A stretch of 64,000 nt of DNA from a virus, in IMG/VR virus record IMGVR_UViG_3300035492_000309, positions 1-64,000 of that record. The stretch is one strand, 5' to 3'. A program made the translations under genes and the position numbers. Numbering within the stretch: the first letter of the stretch is position 1; each line of letters starts with the position of its first letter. Below, in pieces: positions 42,147 to 51,233 of the stretch. The notes under the pieces are model-generated. The model saw nothing but the letters and a program-made list of their open reading frames with translations. It was not told the origin of the DNA and ran no database searches.

Positions 42147-44138
42147 ATGGACAATCGTATCGAGGCGCTACGTGCTGAGATTCTGCGTCTGAATGATCTG
42201 TATTACAACCGCGGTGAGTCAGATGTCTCCGATGAGGTCTATGACTCGCTCAAGCGAGAACTGCGTGAGCTGGAAGGTGAGACCGACGATCCTCATTCGC
42301 CGCTCAATGTGGTGGGTGCAGCTTCGGATGGCGGCTTCGAGAAGGTTCGTCACCTGTCGCCTATGCTCAGTTTGGAAAACGCCTATAACGAAGAGGAGTT
42401 GACCGACTGGACCATGGGTCTTGGGGTACCTGCGCTGGCCGAGCTGCAATACAAGTTCGACGGGGCAAGCCTTAATCTCATCTACCGCAACAACAAGCTG
42501 ATCCATGCAGTCACCCGAGGCAATGGCATCGAAGGCGATGACATCACGGACAATGCGGTGTTCTTTGAAGGCGTGCCGCAGGAGTTGATCGGCAAGCCCA
42601 TCAAGGGCCATCTGGAAATCCGGGGTGAAGTGATCGTTCCACACAGTCACTTCCATAAAGCCAACGAACGCCGTGCAGCCGCTGGCAAACCGACCTATGC
42701 CAACCCCCGCAACATGGTGGCTGGTATCATGCGCCGTAAAGATGGAGAAACCATCCAAGGTCTGGGACTTAAGTTCATTGCGTACGAAGCCATCGTTCAC
42801 GAGGACAATGACTGGCTGGACAAGACCTTCCGTCAGGTGATGGATGATCTGGCCTGGCCGTTCGAGACCGCCAATCATGTCTGGCGTGGCTTGACCGGCA
42901 GCCTGGATAAGATCATGGATCGAATCTCGGCGGTGGCTGCCAGTCGTGACAGCATCGGCTTTGACATCGATGGCCTTGTCCTTAAGATCACCGATCCTAA
43001 GGTCCGCTTGAAACTCGGCTTTCGTTCCACGTCTCCTCGTTGGGCAGTGGCGTACAAGTTCGAAGCACAGACAGCCACCAGTGTACTTGAGCGCGTGGAC
43101 ATTCAGGTCGGCCGTACCGGTGTCCTGACGCCAGTGGCAAAGATCAAGCCGGTCAAACTCTGTGGTGTGACGGTCAGTAGCGTGACCCTGCACAACTTCG
43201 AGGAGATCAAGCGTCTCGACCTGCGTCTGCTGGATACGGTGGTCGTTTCTCGTCGAGGGGATGTCATCCCTAAGATCGAGAGCGTGGTCACCAACCTGCG
43301 CACAGATGAACACGGTCTGATTCATACCCCGACCGAATGTCCGGCCTGTGGCGGTGAGGTGAAGAAATCAGAAGCCAGTGGGGTCGAGCTGTACTGCACC
43401 AACTCTAAGCTGTGTCCTGCACAGATCATCAACAGCATGGTGTATTTCGTCAGCCGTGATGGTATCGATGTCAAACACCTAGGGCCTGCTGCCGTCGAAT
43501 CACTGATCGTCTCCGGGGTGTTGGGTTCATTCAGTTCGCTGTTCTATCTGGATGAGCAAGACTTCTATGCCGCCGGTATTGGTGAATCCATGACCGATAA
43601 GATCATGGGCAGTATCCAGCGTTGTAAGAAACTGCCGTTCTACAAGGTCTTGCGTGCAGTAGGTATCGCAGAAGTAGGTGATTCGACCGCCAGGGCATTG
43701 GCCGTGCGATTCCCCAACTTCGAACAACTCAGCACTGCGACCGCTGAGATGTTGCAGGAAGTCGATGACGTCGGACCTACCGTAGCAGCCTCTGTGATCG
43801 AAGCGTTTACCCAAGGCAGCAACGATCTGCTCGCGCTGGATACCATCCTGACCTACACCGATGAGATCATCAAGAAAGCAGAGGTTCAGGACCTGGCCGG
43901 TAAAACGGTAGTCGTCACGGGTTCTGACTTCGACGGACTCAACCGCAAAGCCATGGAAGAGTCGGTAATTTCTCGCGGCGGTAAACTGGTCAAGTCGGTT
44001 AGCAAGAAGGTCGACATCATCTTTGCGGGCACTGGCGCCGGACCAGATAAAATCAAGCAGGCCAAAGAGCTTGGTTTCTTCGAAGACGGGCTGATGCTCG
44101 TCAATCCCAACACCACTACACGCATTACCAAGGAGTAG
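42147..44138 (+). CDS. ligA: NAD-dependent DNA ligase
   Basis: Ia domain (YY....SDVSDEVYDSL..EL..LE), adenylation KFDG (LQYKFDGASLNLIY), OB fold, Zn finger CPACGGEV....YCTN..CPAQ, HhH region, BRCT (LAGKTVVVTGS). Confidence 0.95.
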   Translation: MDNRIEALRAEILRLNDLYYNRGESDVSDEVYDSLKRELRELEGETDDPHSPLNVVGAASDGGFEKVRHLSPMLSLENAYNEEELTDWTMGLGVPALAELQYKFDGASLNLIYRNNKLIHAVTRGNGIEGDDITDNAVFFEGVPQELIGKPIKGHLEIRGEVIVPHSHFHKANERRAAAGKPTYANPRNMVAGIMRRKDGETIQGLGLKFIAYEAIVHEDNDWLDKTFRQVMDDLAWPFETANHVWRGLTGSLDKIMDRISAVAASRDSIGFDIDGLVLKITDPKVRLKLGFRSTSPRWAVAYKFEAQTATSVLERVDIQVGRTGVLTPVAKIKPVKLCGVTVSSVTLHNFEEIKRLDLRLLDTVVVSRRGDVIPKIESVVTNLRTDEHGLIHTPTECPACGGEVKKSEASGVELYCTNSKLCPAQIINSMVYFVSRDGIDVKHLGPAAVESLIVSGVLGSFSSLFYLDEQDFYAAGIGESMTDKIMGSIQRCKKLPFYKVLRAVGIAEVGDSTARALAVRFPNFEQLSTATAEMLQEVDDVGPTVAASVIEAFTQGSNDLLALDTILTYTDEIIKKAEVQDLAGKTVVVTGSDFDGLNRKAMEESVISRGGKLVKSVSKKVDIIFAGTGAGPDKIKQAKELGFFEDGLMLVNPNTTTRITKE

Positions 44139-44145
44139 TCCATCC

Positions 44146-44598
44146 ATGAGCACGGAATTGATCAAGTTCCCTGAACCTGTATCGATCCAAGCAGCTGTAG
44201 CCAAAGCGCCTGACCTCAGTCAGGCCTTGGGCTGGGGCATCCAGTCCCTGCTGCGCGATACAGTACGGTCTATGGTTCTGCTGGCGACCGCCCGTTCTGA
44301 ACACTACCGCTATGCATTGGCCGTGACACCAGGCATTGCCCAATTGTTGTATGACATGCCGGAAGGAACCATCGCTTCGCGCGACTGTTTCATTCGGTGC
44401 GTGCAGCAAGACACCCTCATCGGTCATTATGACACGATGGAGATGCATGTCATCCAAGAGTTGGTCGATGAAGACAAACAGTCACTGATGCTGTTAGTCC
44501 TTAACGACGAGCATCTGGTTGACAGCTATCTGCTGACCCGTCTGCGTGAATACTCCGACCATGTGGTCGTCAACAACATCCTGCCTAAGAAGAACTAG
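44146..44598 (+). CDS. hypothetical protein
   Basis: AAGGAG upstream; clean ORF. Confidence 0.65.
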   Translation: MSTELIKFPEPVSIQAAVAKAPDLSQALGWGIQSLLRDTVRSMVLLATARSEHYRYALAVTPGIAQLLYDMPEGTIASRDCFIRCVQQDTLIGHYDTMEMHVIQELVDEDKQSLMLLVLNDEHLVDSYLLTRLREYSDHVVVNNILPKKN

Positions 44599-44599
44599 C

Positions 44600-45193
44600 A
44601 TGACTGAACAACTGACCCGTGTGTCGCCTTACCTGACGGCATTCCATGACGTCAAAGCCAAACAAGCCGATGGTTTGGCGGTCGACATCAGTGCGCATGG
44701 TCGTGCTGGTTTCGGTAACGAATTCTTCCGGGTTCGTTATGGGCAGGACCTGATTTCCAAAACCACACTGCGTTTCGACCTCGGCAAACTGGGGTCTCAG
44801 TCCGAAGCGATCGAGCAATACATCGCCGCGATTAAAAGCGATCGGTTCCCATGGACTGAGCTGCCAGCAGATTTCGAACTGCCGGTCATTCCGATGATTG
44901 CCAAGATCGACGAACAAACTCACCTGGACGAATCGCTGGAAACAGCTAAGGTATTGTTCGAAGCACTGCAGCCCTTCCCGCGGCGTGTAGCCTTCATGCG
45001 CCAGTGGAACGCTTCCGGTAAAGGCCAAGGCATTGAGTTGATTCTGGTCTTGGAAGACGAAGGCGTTCTGGACGTCCTAGAACTCTCGGTGAACTTCTAT
45101 CGGCTGACCCAACAGCAGCTGATGCTGCGCAACCTGCAACGACTGGCAAACAACCCGAACGCCAACCAGCAGAAAGAAGTACCTACCGAATGA
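44600..45193 (+). CDS. hypothetical protein
   Basis: ATG 44600 one nt after the upstream stop; ATGA overlap with the DHFR gene. Confidence 0.65.
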   Translation: MTEQLTRVSPYLTAFHDVKAKQADGLAVDISAHGRAGFGNEFFRVRYGQDLISKTTLRFDLGKLGSQSEAIEQYIAAIKSDRFPWTELPADFELPVIPMIAKIDEQTHLDESLETAKVLFEALQPFPRRVAFMRQWNASGKGQGIELILVLEDEGVLDVLELSVNFYRLTQQQLMLRNLQRLANNPNANQQKEVPTE

Positions 45194-45711
45194 AAATATC
45201 TGTAATCTTCGCCCAGAATACAGCCGGCGCTATCGGGGCATTGGGTCCACATCCGTTACCATGGCACTATCCTGAAGACCTGAAACGCTTCAAAGAGCTG
45301 ACCAAGGATAAACCGATTATCATGGGTAGCAATACCTTTGACAGTCTGCCGAATTTGCTGCCCGGACGGTATCACTACGTGGTCACTGGTAGCAAAGGGT
45401 TGGTGCGGTTAGGGCCGATGGATCGGGTGCAGTTCGTCAACTCGCTGGAGCAGGCACTGGCGTTTGCCATGCCGACGACTGACGAAGTGTTCATCATCGG
45501 TGGCGCTGGTTTGATCGATGCCGGTATCAAGATCGCCGACACGGTTTATCGTACCGTCGTCCTGGGTGATCATGAGATCAATGGTCGTCCGGCTCTGGTG
45601 GAGCAACCTGGACTTCAAGCCCCGTACTGGGGGCGTTACGAGCAAACAGACCGCGTTCTGATCGGTGCGTCGCTGTTCTTCGAAACGTACGAAGCCATCA
45701 CGACAGAATAA
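45190..45711 (+). CDS. folA: dihydrofolate reductase
   Basis: ISVIFAQ...AIG....LPWHYPEDLKRFKELT..KPIIMGSNTFDSLP..LPGR...V.....EVFIIGGAGL. Confidence 0.85.
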   Translation: MKISVIFAQNTAGAIGALGPHPLPWHYPEDLKRFKELTKDKPIIMGSNTFDSLPNLLPGRYHYVVTGSKGLVRLGPMDRVQFVNSLEQALAFAMPTTDEVFIIGGAGLIDAGIKIADTVYRTVVLGDHEINGRPALVEQPGLQAPYWGRYEQTDRVLIGASLFFETYEAITTE

Positions 45712-45713
45712 AG

Positions 45714-45752
45714 GGAGGGGCTTCGGCCCCTCCTTCTCTTTATTTTTTTTTT
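45714..45752 (+). terminator. canonical intrinsic terminator after the DHFR gene
   Basis: GGAGGGGC-TTCG-GCCCCTCC followed by TTCTCTTTATTTTTTTTTT. Confidence 0.85.
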
Positions 45753-45916
45753 GCGTGGAATTAATCCTAGGGTATTGTTTTAGTGTCATTTTATGAAGCG
45801 AGCAATACGACTCGACTAAAATAAGACGCTACATTATCCTGCCGAGCAAACCAATACATACAACTAAATGTCCGGTGGGTAAGTAGTGATCAAATGACAC
45901 TCAGGGAATTACCACC

Positions 45917-46396
45917 ATGTCTAAGGGCAAGTATGTAATACCAGTGGTCATGGGGCAACCGGGAAGTGAGCTGTTTCTCGTGAAAGGGGAAATTCCACGC
46001 GGTCAATCCATGGTCCTGATCCGGCAAATGGGCATTCGTGCTCTGTCGCCGAAAGATGAGCGCGCAATGGAAAAGCTCCTTGAAAAGAGCTATAGTGAAA
46101 GTCGTCCTACCCGCGTCAAAGAACTCGTTCTGGTTGACGCTGAGTCCATTGGTGAGATCAGTGCTCATGAGGCCACTCTGGTCCATGGCTACATCATGAA
46201 TGTACTCCCAGGTGCCTTCAAAGCCCCTGAACTTCAAAACTGGTATCTGTTCGAACGACCAGGTGAAATCACCTCGTTGAAGATGGCGCGGTTTGCCATC
46301 AACCTGCTGGAACGTCAGGAAAAGCATGATCTTCTGGGTCTGCTTAATACTCACCGTACAGCTAATCATGCGTCCAAGTATGACCAGTACCGGTAA
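45917..46396 (+). CDS. hypothetical protein
   Basis: First gene after an AT-rich 164-nt spacer; the antisense ORF 45890-46369 is judged a shadow. Confidence 0.6.
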   Translation: MSKGKYVIPVVMGQPGSELFLVKGEIPRGQSMVLIRQMGIRALSPKDERAMEKLLEKSYSESRPTRVKELVLVDAESIGEISAHEATLVHGYIMNVLPGAFKAPELQNWYLFERPGEITSLKMARFAINLLERQEKHDLLGLLNTHRTANHASKYDQYR

Positions 46397-46398
46397 TC

Positions 46399-46432
46399 AT
46401 AGGCGGCGTCCTTAGGGGCGCCGTTTATGCCG
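46399..46432 (+). terminator. hairpin plus TATGCCG
   Basis: ATAGGCGGCG...CGCCGTTTAT (10 bp including 2 G-U pairs); TATGCCGTCT follows. Confidence 0.4.
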
Positions 46433-46485
46433 TCTGTCAAAGAAAACGAATGCATCATCATGTATGTTCAGTCAAGGAGTGCAGC

Positions 46486-46986
46486 ATGTCAGATTACTAC
46501 GGAGCCGCCACCCTAGAGGACTGGCTCAAAGAAGAAGTCTTTGCTCAGAACATCCCCGTGCCGGCTGAGGTCGTTGCCCACTTTGAAGAGTGGCGTGAAG
46601 ACGTAGAGCGTAACATCGAGGCATGGATGAACAGCGACGACGGGGACGGTAACAATTTGAGCTGGCGTGGCTGGGGTCGTGGTTTCAACGCCATTTCAGA
46701 CGAAGACACTGCGCGGTTCGACGCACTGGTCGCTAAGCTGCGTCCGCAGGCAAAGCCCGATACCCCAAGTGCTTCGCTCCCCATCGACACTAGGGTTCCG
46801 ATCTACGACACTACTGACCAAGCTGCGCAATCTGTACACTGCCTCGCGCGCCAACAACGAACTGCCTGGCTAAACCGTTTAGCTTCCAAGTGCGTGTTCC
46901 ACCTGAACGCCATCGAACAGACGTACAACGCATCCCTGTATCAGAAGTTTCACGATGCCTTCTTCGGCAAATCTACCAGCATTTAA
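46486..46986 (+). CDS. hypothetical protein
   Basis: AAGGAG RBS before ATG 46486. Confidence 0.65.
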   Translation: MSDYYGAATLEDWLKEEVFAQNIPVPAEVVAHFEEWREDVERNIEAWMNSDDGDGNNLSWRGWGRGFNAISDEDTARFDALVAKLRPQAKPDTPSASLPIDTRVPIYDTTDQAAQSVHCLARQQRTAWLNRLASKCVFHLNAIEQTYNASLYQKFHDAFFGKSTSI

Positions 46987-47008
46987 CATCACCCCAAGGA
47001 GTGCTCCA

Positions 47009-48082
47009 ATGAGCCAGCAACAAGCCAAGCTGTACACCCGCACCAAACGCGACGAAATGACGTTCGGCATTCTGCCTGAGTTCGTTCCACACAACCTGGT
47101 CGGCAACCTGAAAGGTGATGCCCGACTGTACAGTTCCAATGAGGTCCATGACCTCATGATGCAGATGGATGAAGGTTTCGTCGGCATGCGGCGCTCGCTG
47201 ATCGATAAGCTGGAAAACGTCCGTCAGCTGATCCTGTACACAACCGCTGGCATGATCGATGAAAACGACGAAGTTCGTTTCGCCGTGTACCAGCGCGCTG
47301 CCGGTTCTGAAGCCCGTCTGAAAGATGGTTTCTCCATGGGTTTTGGTGGTCACGTCGAGTGCAATGACCTGGTTGGTCATTACATCAAGACCGACCACGG
47401 CATGATGCAGGTTCCTGAAGTGCCCTCAAGCTTCTACTCCACTATGAACTCTGGCATGCGTGAGCTGCAAGAAGAAGTGATGTTCTTCACCAAGGGCGAT
47501 GTGGAACGCGAGTACACGGTCGAGGAGATGATCGAAGACATGCGTATGGGTTTCGCCTTCGAGTCGAAACTCAACCATGTTGTCATCGAAGGTGCGTTCA
47601 CCAAAGAACACACCGAAGGTGCATTTCTCGTCACCCCAGCGGCGATCATTCATCGTGACGATGAAACCATGGAAGGCTACCTCTACACCTTGGCTGACGG
47701 CCCGACCCTGCCCGAAGTCTTCGCCATGTTTTCCGGCAAGACCCCGATCAAGCAAGTCGAAGCGCTCGAACTGCACAGCAACCTGGTGCCGTACGGCTTC
47801 GTCTCGGATCGCGACATGGACAAGCCGGGCTTCGTGGGCAATACCCACCTGGGCGTGCTGGCCATGTTCCGTGTGGATTCGACCGTGGACTTCAAGGTCC
47901 TAGAAGAGAAGTACACCACTATCGGCTGGAAGACCAAGGACGAACTGCGTGAGATGCATGCACGTTGCGAGCCTTGGACTCAGTATCTGATCGAACATCT
48001 GGACGGTATGGAAACCATCCTGCGCGAACAGTGCAAGACCGATGCACGTCAGCCGGCGGAACAAGGCGCCCTCGCAGGCTAA
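47009..48082 (+). CDS. Nudix-fold (YmaB/COG4112-like) protein, tentative
   Basis: VRQLILYT....VRFAVYQRAAGSEARLKDGFSMGFGGHVE ... GMRELQEEV. A Nudix-box-like GGH.E and RELQEE are separated by about 35 aa. AAGGAG RBS. Confidence 0.45.
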   Translation: MSQQQAKLYTRTKRDEMTFGILPEFVPHNLVGNLKGDARLYSSNEVHDLMMQMDEGFVGMRRSLIDKLENVRQLILYTTAGMIDENDEVRFAVYQRAAGSEARLKDGFSMGFGGHVECNDLVGHYIKTDHGMMQVPEVPSSFYSTMNSGMRELQEEVMFFTKGDVEREYTVEEMIEDMRMGFAFESKLNHVVIEGAFTKEHTEGAFLVTPAAIIHRDDETMEGYLYTLADGPTLPEVFAMFSGKTPIKQVEALELHSNLVPYGFVSDRDMDKPGFVGNTHLGVLAMFRVDSTVDFKVLEEKYTTIGWKTKDELREMHARCEPWTQYLIEHLDGMETILREQCKTDARQPAEQGALAG

Positions 48083-48090
48083 GTGACACA

Positions 48091-48125
48091 CGGTGATGGG
48101 CAGCACGCCCATCACCGCTATGCCG
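48091..48125 (+). terminator. 11-bp hairpin, then TATGCCG outside the stem
   Basis: CGGTGATGGGC-AGCAC-GCCCATCACCG CTATGCCG. Confidence 0.5.
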
Positions 48126-48173
48126 CATCGATCAACCATAAATACCATAACCCATTCATCAAGGAACCTTATC

Positions 48174-48341
48174 ATGCAGAAGTCATCCATCACCATCAAC
48201 AACTACGACAACATCCTGACCATCTCGGTCACTGACCAATCCAACACCATTGATCATGTCCCCGCGATGGTGTACAAGGCGCTGGTAGCAAAGGTTACGG
48301 GAAGGGGATCAATTTACGCAGGACGGACGGCGGTCCGTTAG
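48174..48341 (+). CDS. hypothetical small protein
   Basis: ATG 48174 after AAGGAA. Confidence 0.45.
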   Translation: MQKSSITINNYDNILTISVTDQSNTIDHVPAMVYKALVAKVTGRGSIYAGRTAVR

Positions 48342-48470
48342 AGCCTGAGCGCTCTCGCAAGCTGACGTATATATCTGCCCTTCCCAAGACTTTCTTTATT
48401 TTTTGCCTCGCTGTTTTTTTGTCCTGTCATCCTATGAGACTTACCATATTACCAATTTCATAGGTGGCTT

Positions 48471-48749
48471 ATGAGCAACTCCTCATTTGCAGCTGCCGTA
48501 CTGTCTATCCAACGTATGACCACCGCTATGCTGACTCGCCTAGGGGGTAAATTGGATGTGACCGGTACCGCTACTGCAGCCCAGCGTTTGAGCACTGCTC
48601 GCAAGATTCAAGGGGTGGATTTCGATGGGACTGGAGACATTGACCTAGGGCTCAAATCCATAGGCAAACGCAATGTATTCATCTCCACTGCCTCGCCCAC
48701 TTCGGCCGACGGTGCCGATGGTGATATCTGGCTGACCTATCTTCCCTAA
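48471..48749 (+). CDS. short tail-fibre-like protein (92 aa)
   Basis: AAQRLSTARKIQGVDFDGTGDIDL is a typical fibre N-terminal repeat; ends GDIWLTYLP. Confidence 0.5.
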   Translation: MSNSSFAAAVLSIQRMTTAMLTRLGGKLDVTGTATAAQRLSTARKIQGVDFDGTGDIDLGLKSIGKRNVFISTASPTSADGADGDIWLTYLP

Positions 48750-48767
48750 TCACTGGAGCAATGTAAC

Positions 48768-49424
48768 ATGATGTATTATTCCCCTAGTAGAAACGCCTTC
48801 ATCAATGATGGCTCTATCTGGCTAGATGTTGTGCCGGTACCCGACGCTGATTACAATGCCATCATGGCGCAGTTAGAGACCGGTACCAAGGTTCTACAGC
48901 CGGGTGATGATGGATATCCTGTATTGGTCGATGCGCCGATTGCAGAGCCTGTGGTTCTGCCTCTCAATATCCTGCTCCAGACCCGTATCCATCAGTTGAG
49001 TGAAGAATACGAGTCGGCTGTAAATTTCATCAAGTCAGGTTACCCGTTGGCAGAAACCATCACCTGGCCGGTGCAGATCGCCGAGGCGCGTGTAGTCATC
49101 AACTGGATGGTTGCTGACCCAGCGCGGGTCATCGCAGATTTCCCTCGCAGTGAAGCACCGTTTCTTTATGATCTGGCACAGAACCGTCAGATCAAAGGCC
49201 TGGAAAGCGATTTGCTTGATCTGGCCAACCGGGTGATCCACAACGACAGCCAGTTCTCACCCGCCATGGCGCTGTTCACGGCCGAGCGTCATGCTGCTGA
49301 AAAGCGCCTGCTCATGGCCTATGAACTGGAAGACCGTGCCGCCCTGGAAGCAGTCACGTGGTCGTTCTACCTGGTGCCGCCACCTGACATGTCGATGACG
49401 GTCGAACCTACCGAATCCGTTTAA
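48768..49424 (+). CDS. tail fibre assembly chaperone-like protein (DUF4376-like C-terminus)
   Basis: MMYYSPSRNAFIND..., ...YPLAETITWPVQIAEARVV. Confidence 0.5.
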   Translation: MMYYSPSRNAFINDGSIWLDVVPVPDADYNAIMAQLETGTKVLQPGDDGYPVLVDAPIAEPVVLPLNILLQTRIHQLSEEYESAVNFIKSGYPLAETITWPVQIAEARVVINWMVADPARVIADFPRSEAPFLYDLAQNRQIKGLESDLLDLANRVIHNDSQFSPAMALFTAERHAAEKRLLMAYELEDRAALEAVTWSFYLVPPPDMSMTVEPTESV

Positions 49425-49432
49425 TTACAAGG

Positions 49433-49735
49433 ATGACACTGATGCACGTCTCTATCTCTCCGGCTAATCGTACGCCGCCGGGGTTTCTTGACAACCGAGA
49501 GCGCTGGATGGCAGCGCGAATCACGGCCAGTCATTTGCGGGTATTTCTGGAGATGTGGCGTGATGCGCCCAAGGAACTGCTCAAAGGTGATGAATTCGAA
49601 GCCGCACGGGAACTGTTGATCCACATCATGGCCTCGAGCGGGGTGTTCATTGACCGGATTCAAACGGTAACAACCATACAGGAAATCCTCGATGTACATG
49701 AGGAGTTCTACCGCATGTGTGTGGCTAAGTCGTAA
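49433..49735 (+). CDS. hypothetical protein
   Basis: CAAGG before ATG 49433; followed by hairpin 49745-49764. Confidence 0.6.
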   Translation: MTLMHVSISPANRTPPGFLDNRERWMAARITASHLRVFLEMWRDAPKELLKGDEFEAARELLIHIMASSGVFIDRIQTVTTIQEILDVHEEFYRMCVAKS

Positions 49736-49744
49736 GCGGATACA

Positions 49745-49773
49745 AGGAGGGCTTCGGCCCTCCTCTTATGTCG
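49745..49773 (+). terminator. hairpin plus TATGTCG
   Basis: AGGAGGGC-TTCG-GCCCTCCT CTTATGTCG. Confidence 0.5.
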
Positions 49774-49808
49774 ATTCGACTTTTTTACAACGATACATGA
49801 TAGCGGTG
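49773..49808 (+). promoter_or_regulatory. 36-bp perfect repeat, copy 1 (candidate phage promoter/regulatory element)
   Basis: GATTCGACTTTTTTACAACGATACATGATAGCGGTG, identical to 53573-53608. Lies immediately after a hairpin/TATGYCG element and 52 nt upstream of ATG 49860. Confidence 0.5.
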
Positions 49809-49859
49809 AACAAGGAGAATAATCTCCGTTCATTACCTTCGTTCTTAAGGAGAACACAC

Positions 49860-50618
49860 ATGACTAATGTCGCTATGATTGTTGCAGGTGCTACTGTGGC
49901 TGTTACTTCGGCCGTTGTAGGTGGTCTGGGCTGGAAGAGTCTGAAATCGCGTAAAGTGGCTCGTGAACTGGGCAACAGCTTGCAAAAGAAACTGTCTGCT
50001 GAAGAGATCGTACTGCGTAAACAGGAAATCCGTGCCCGCATGATGGGTCTGTATGACGTTCCTAAGGCACCGCTGGCCAAAGCTGTAGCTGAGGTGACTA
50101 AGCCCGAGATCGTTGCACCTGAAGCGCCTCAGGAGCCTCTGGATATCATCAAGCTCGATGATGACACCGGTCTGACCTCGGTATCGCGGATGCGGGTGGT
50201 GGAAATCAGAAAGCCGCAGTACAAGGCACCCGAAGCCGTAGTGGAAACGGTAGCGCCGATTGAAGTGAGTGAAGAAGTTGCTCAGCCTGAGGCCGTGACC
50301 GAAACCGAACCTATGGATGTAATCGCTCCGATGTTCTGGGATCATTTCCTGCGCAATATCCGTCGGCCTGAGGGTATCTTGCTTGAGATGAACGACTTCG
50401 AGAATCGGCCGACGGACTTGGCCCGCGGCTACCACCGTGCAACGCTGAACGATACCTTCCATGGCATCTTGCATGTCACCAAAGGCAATATCTCGTTCGT
50501 CTACTACATCGGTGACAACCAGTTTGCTGGTATCAGTTCTGCCGCCAGCCGTTTCGGCGGTAAGGGCATGCAGAACCTGACCGCCAAGCAAGCCAAGGAC
50601 TTCCTCAACGGTCGTTGA
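49860..50618 (+). CDS. N-terminally anchored membrane protein
   Basis: AAGGAG RBS. MTNVAMIVAGATVAVTSAVVGGLGWKSLKSRK; sits downstream of the 36-bp repeat. Confidence 0.65.
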   Translation: MTNVAMIVAGATVAVTSAVVGGLGWKSLKSRKVARELGNSLQKKLSAEEIVLRKQEIRARMMGLYDVPKAPLAKAVAEVTKPEIVAPEAPQEPLDIIKLDDDTGLTSVSRMRVVEIRKPQYKAPEAVVETVAPIEVSEEVAQPEAVTETEPMDVIAPMFWDHFLRNIRRPEGILLEMNDFENRPTDLARGYHRATLNDTFHGILHVTKGNISFVYYIGDNQFAGISSAASRFGGKGMQNLTAKQAKDFLNGR

Positions 50619-50637
50619 GGGAGAAACAAAATAGATC

Positions 50638-50670
50638 GAGGGGCCACAGCCCCTCTTTCTTTTTTTGCTT
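50638..50670 (+). terminator. bidirectional intrinsic terminator between convergent genes
   Basis: GAGGGGC-CACA-GCCCCTC with TTTCTTTTTTTGCTTTG downstream and an A-rich tract (AAACAAAATAG) upstream. Confidence 0.8.
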
Positions 50671-50707
50671 TGTCAGACAATCTGGTTCGAATAAGCTTCG
50701 TTCTCAA

Positions 50708-51172
50708 TCACCAGTTCATGCCGGCGTTTTTGGCCAGCAACTTGACCTCTTTACGACTGAGCCAGTGTCTAAGGTCAACAGCAGTACAGCTATCGATGAC
50801 ATCCTTAAGGATGGCCTGTGTCTTGTACTCGTTGGTCATACCGTTGTGCAGGTTATCAACCTTAACCCACTGGTCTTTAATCCAGTCGATCTTGTACAGA
50901 TAGACCGAGAGGGCGTGAAGTTGTTCAATCGACGGTACTGGCCCATCGAAGACCAATTCAAGATGTTTCCCATGCGTTTTATAACGCGCCAGCTTAAAGT
51001 GTTTCTCGACCGTAGAAGCAAACCCTTGAGCGATGGCTTCTTCCATTGAGGTGGTTGCATAAAGCCATTCGTTGGACTCTGTTTTATCCCAACGCACGAC
51101 CTCACCGGTATAATGCACACCGGGTTTCAGCTCAGTCTGCCGATAGCCTGATCCGTGATAAAGATGATGCAT
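50708..51172 (-). CDS. hypothetical protein with a PARP/ART-like H-Y-E motif arrangement (speculative)
   Basis: LYHGS (H6), WLYATTS (Y38), TNEYK (E115). Lone minus-strand gene bounded by a bidirectional terminator and a 61-nt divergent spacer. Confidence 0.6.
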   Translation of the reverse strand: MHHLYHGSGYRQTELKPGVHYTGEVVRWDKTESNEWLYATTSMEEAIAQGFASTVEKHFKLARYKTHGKHLELVFDGPVPSIEQLHALSVYLYKIDWIKDQWVKVDNLHNGMTNEYKTQAILKDVIDSCTAVDLRHWLSRKEVKLLAKNAGMNW

Positions 51173-51233
51173 AACGTCCTCGTTAATAAATAAACTCTAG
51201 GCCGATAGTGTAGATTATCAAGGACACTACACC

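Noticed and set aside
42219-43325. 368-aa ORF on the minus strand opposite ligA (plus 42875-43102, 43103-43303, 43527-44204)
   Set aside because: These are shadow ORFs. The plus-strand frame carries every LigA motif in order. The antisense translations are low-complexity and have no start context.
51190-51225. Inverted repeat TAGTGT...ACACTA in the divergent spacer 51173-51233
   Set aside because: It has only 6 bp arms, which is within chance expectation. I do not report it as an operator.
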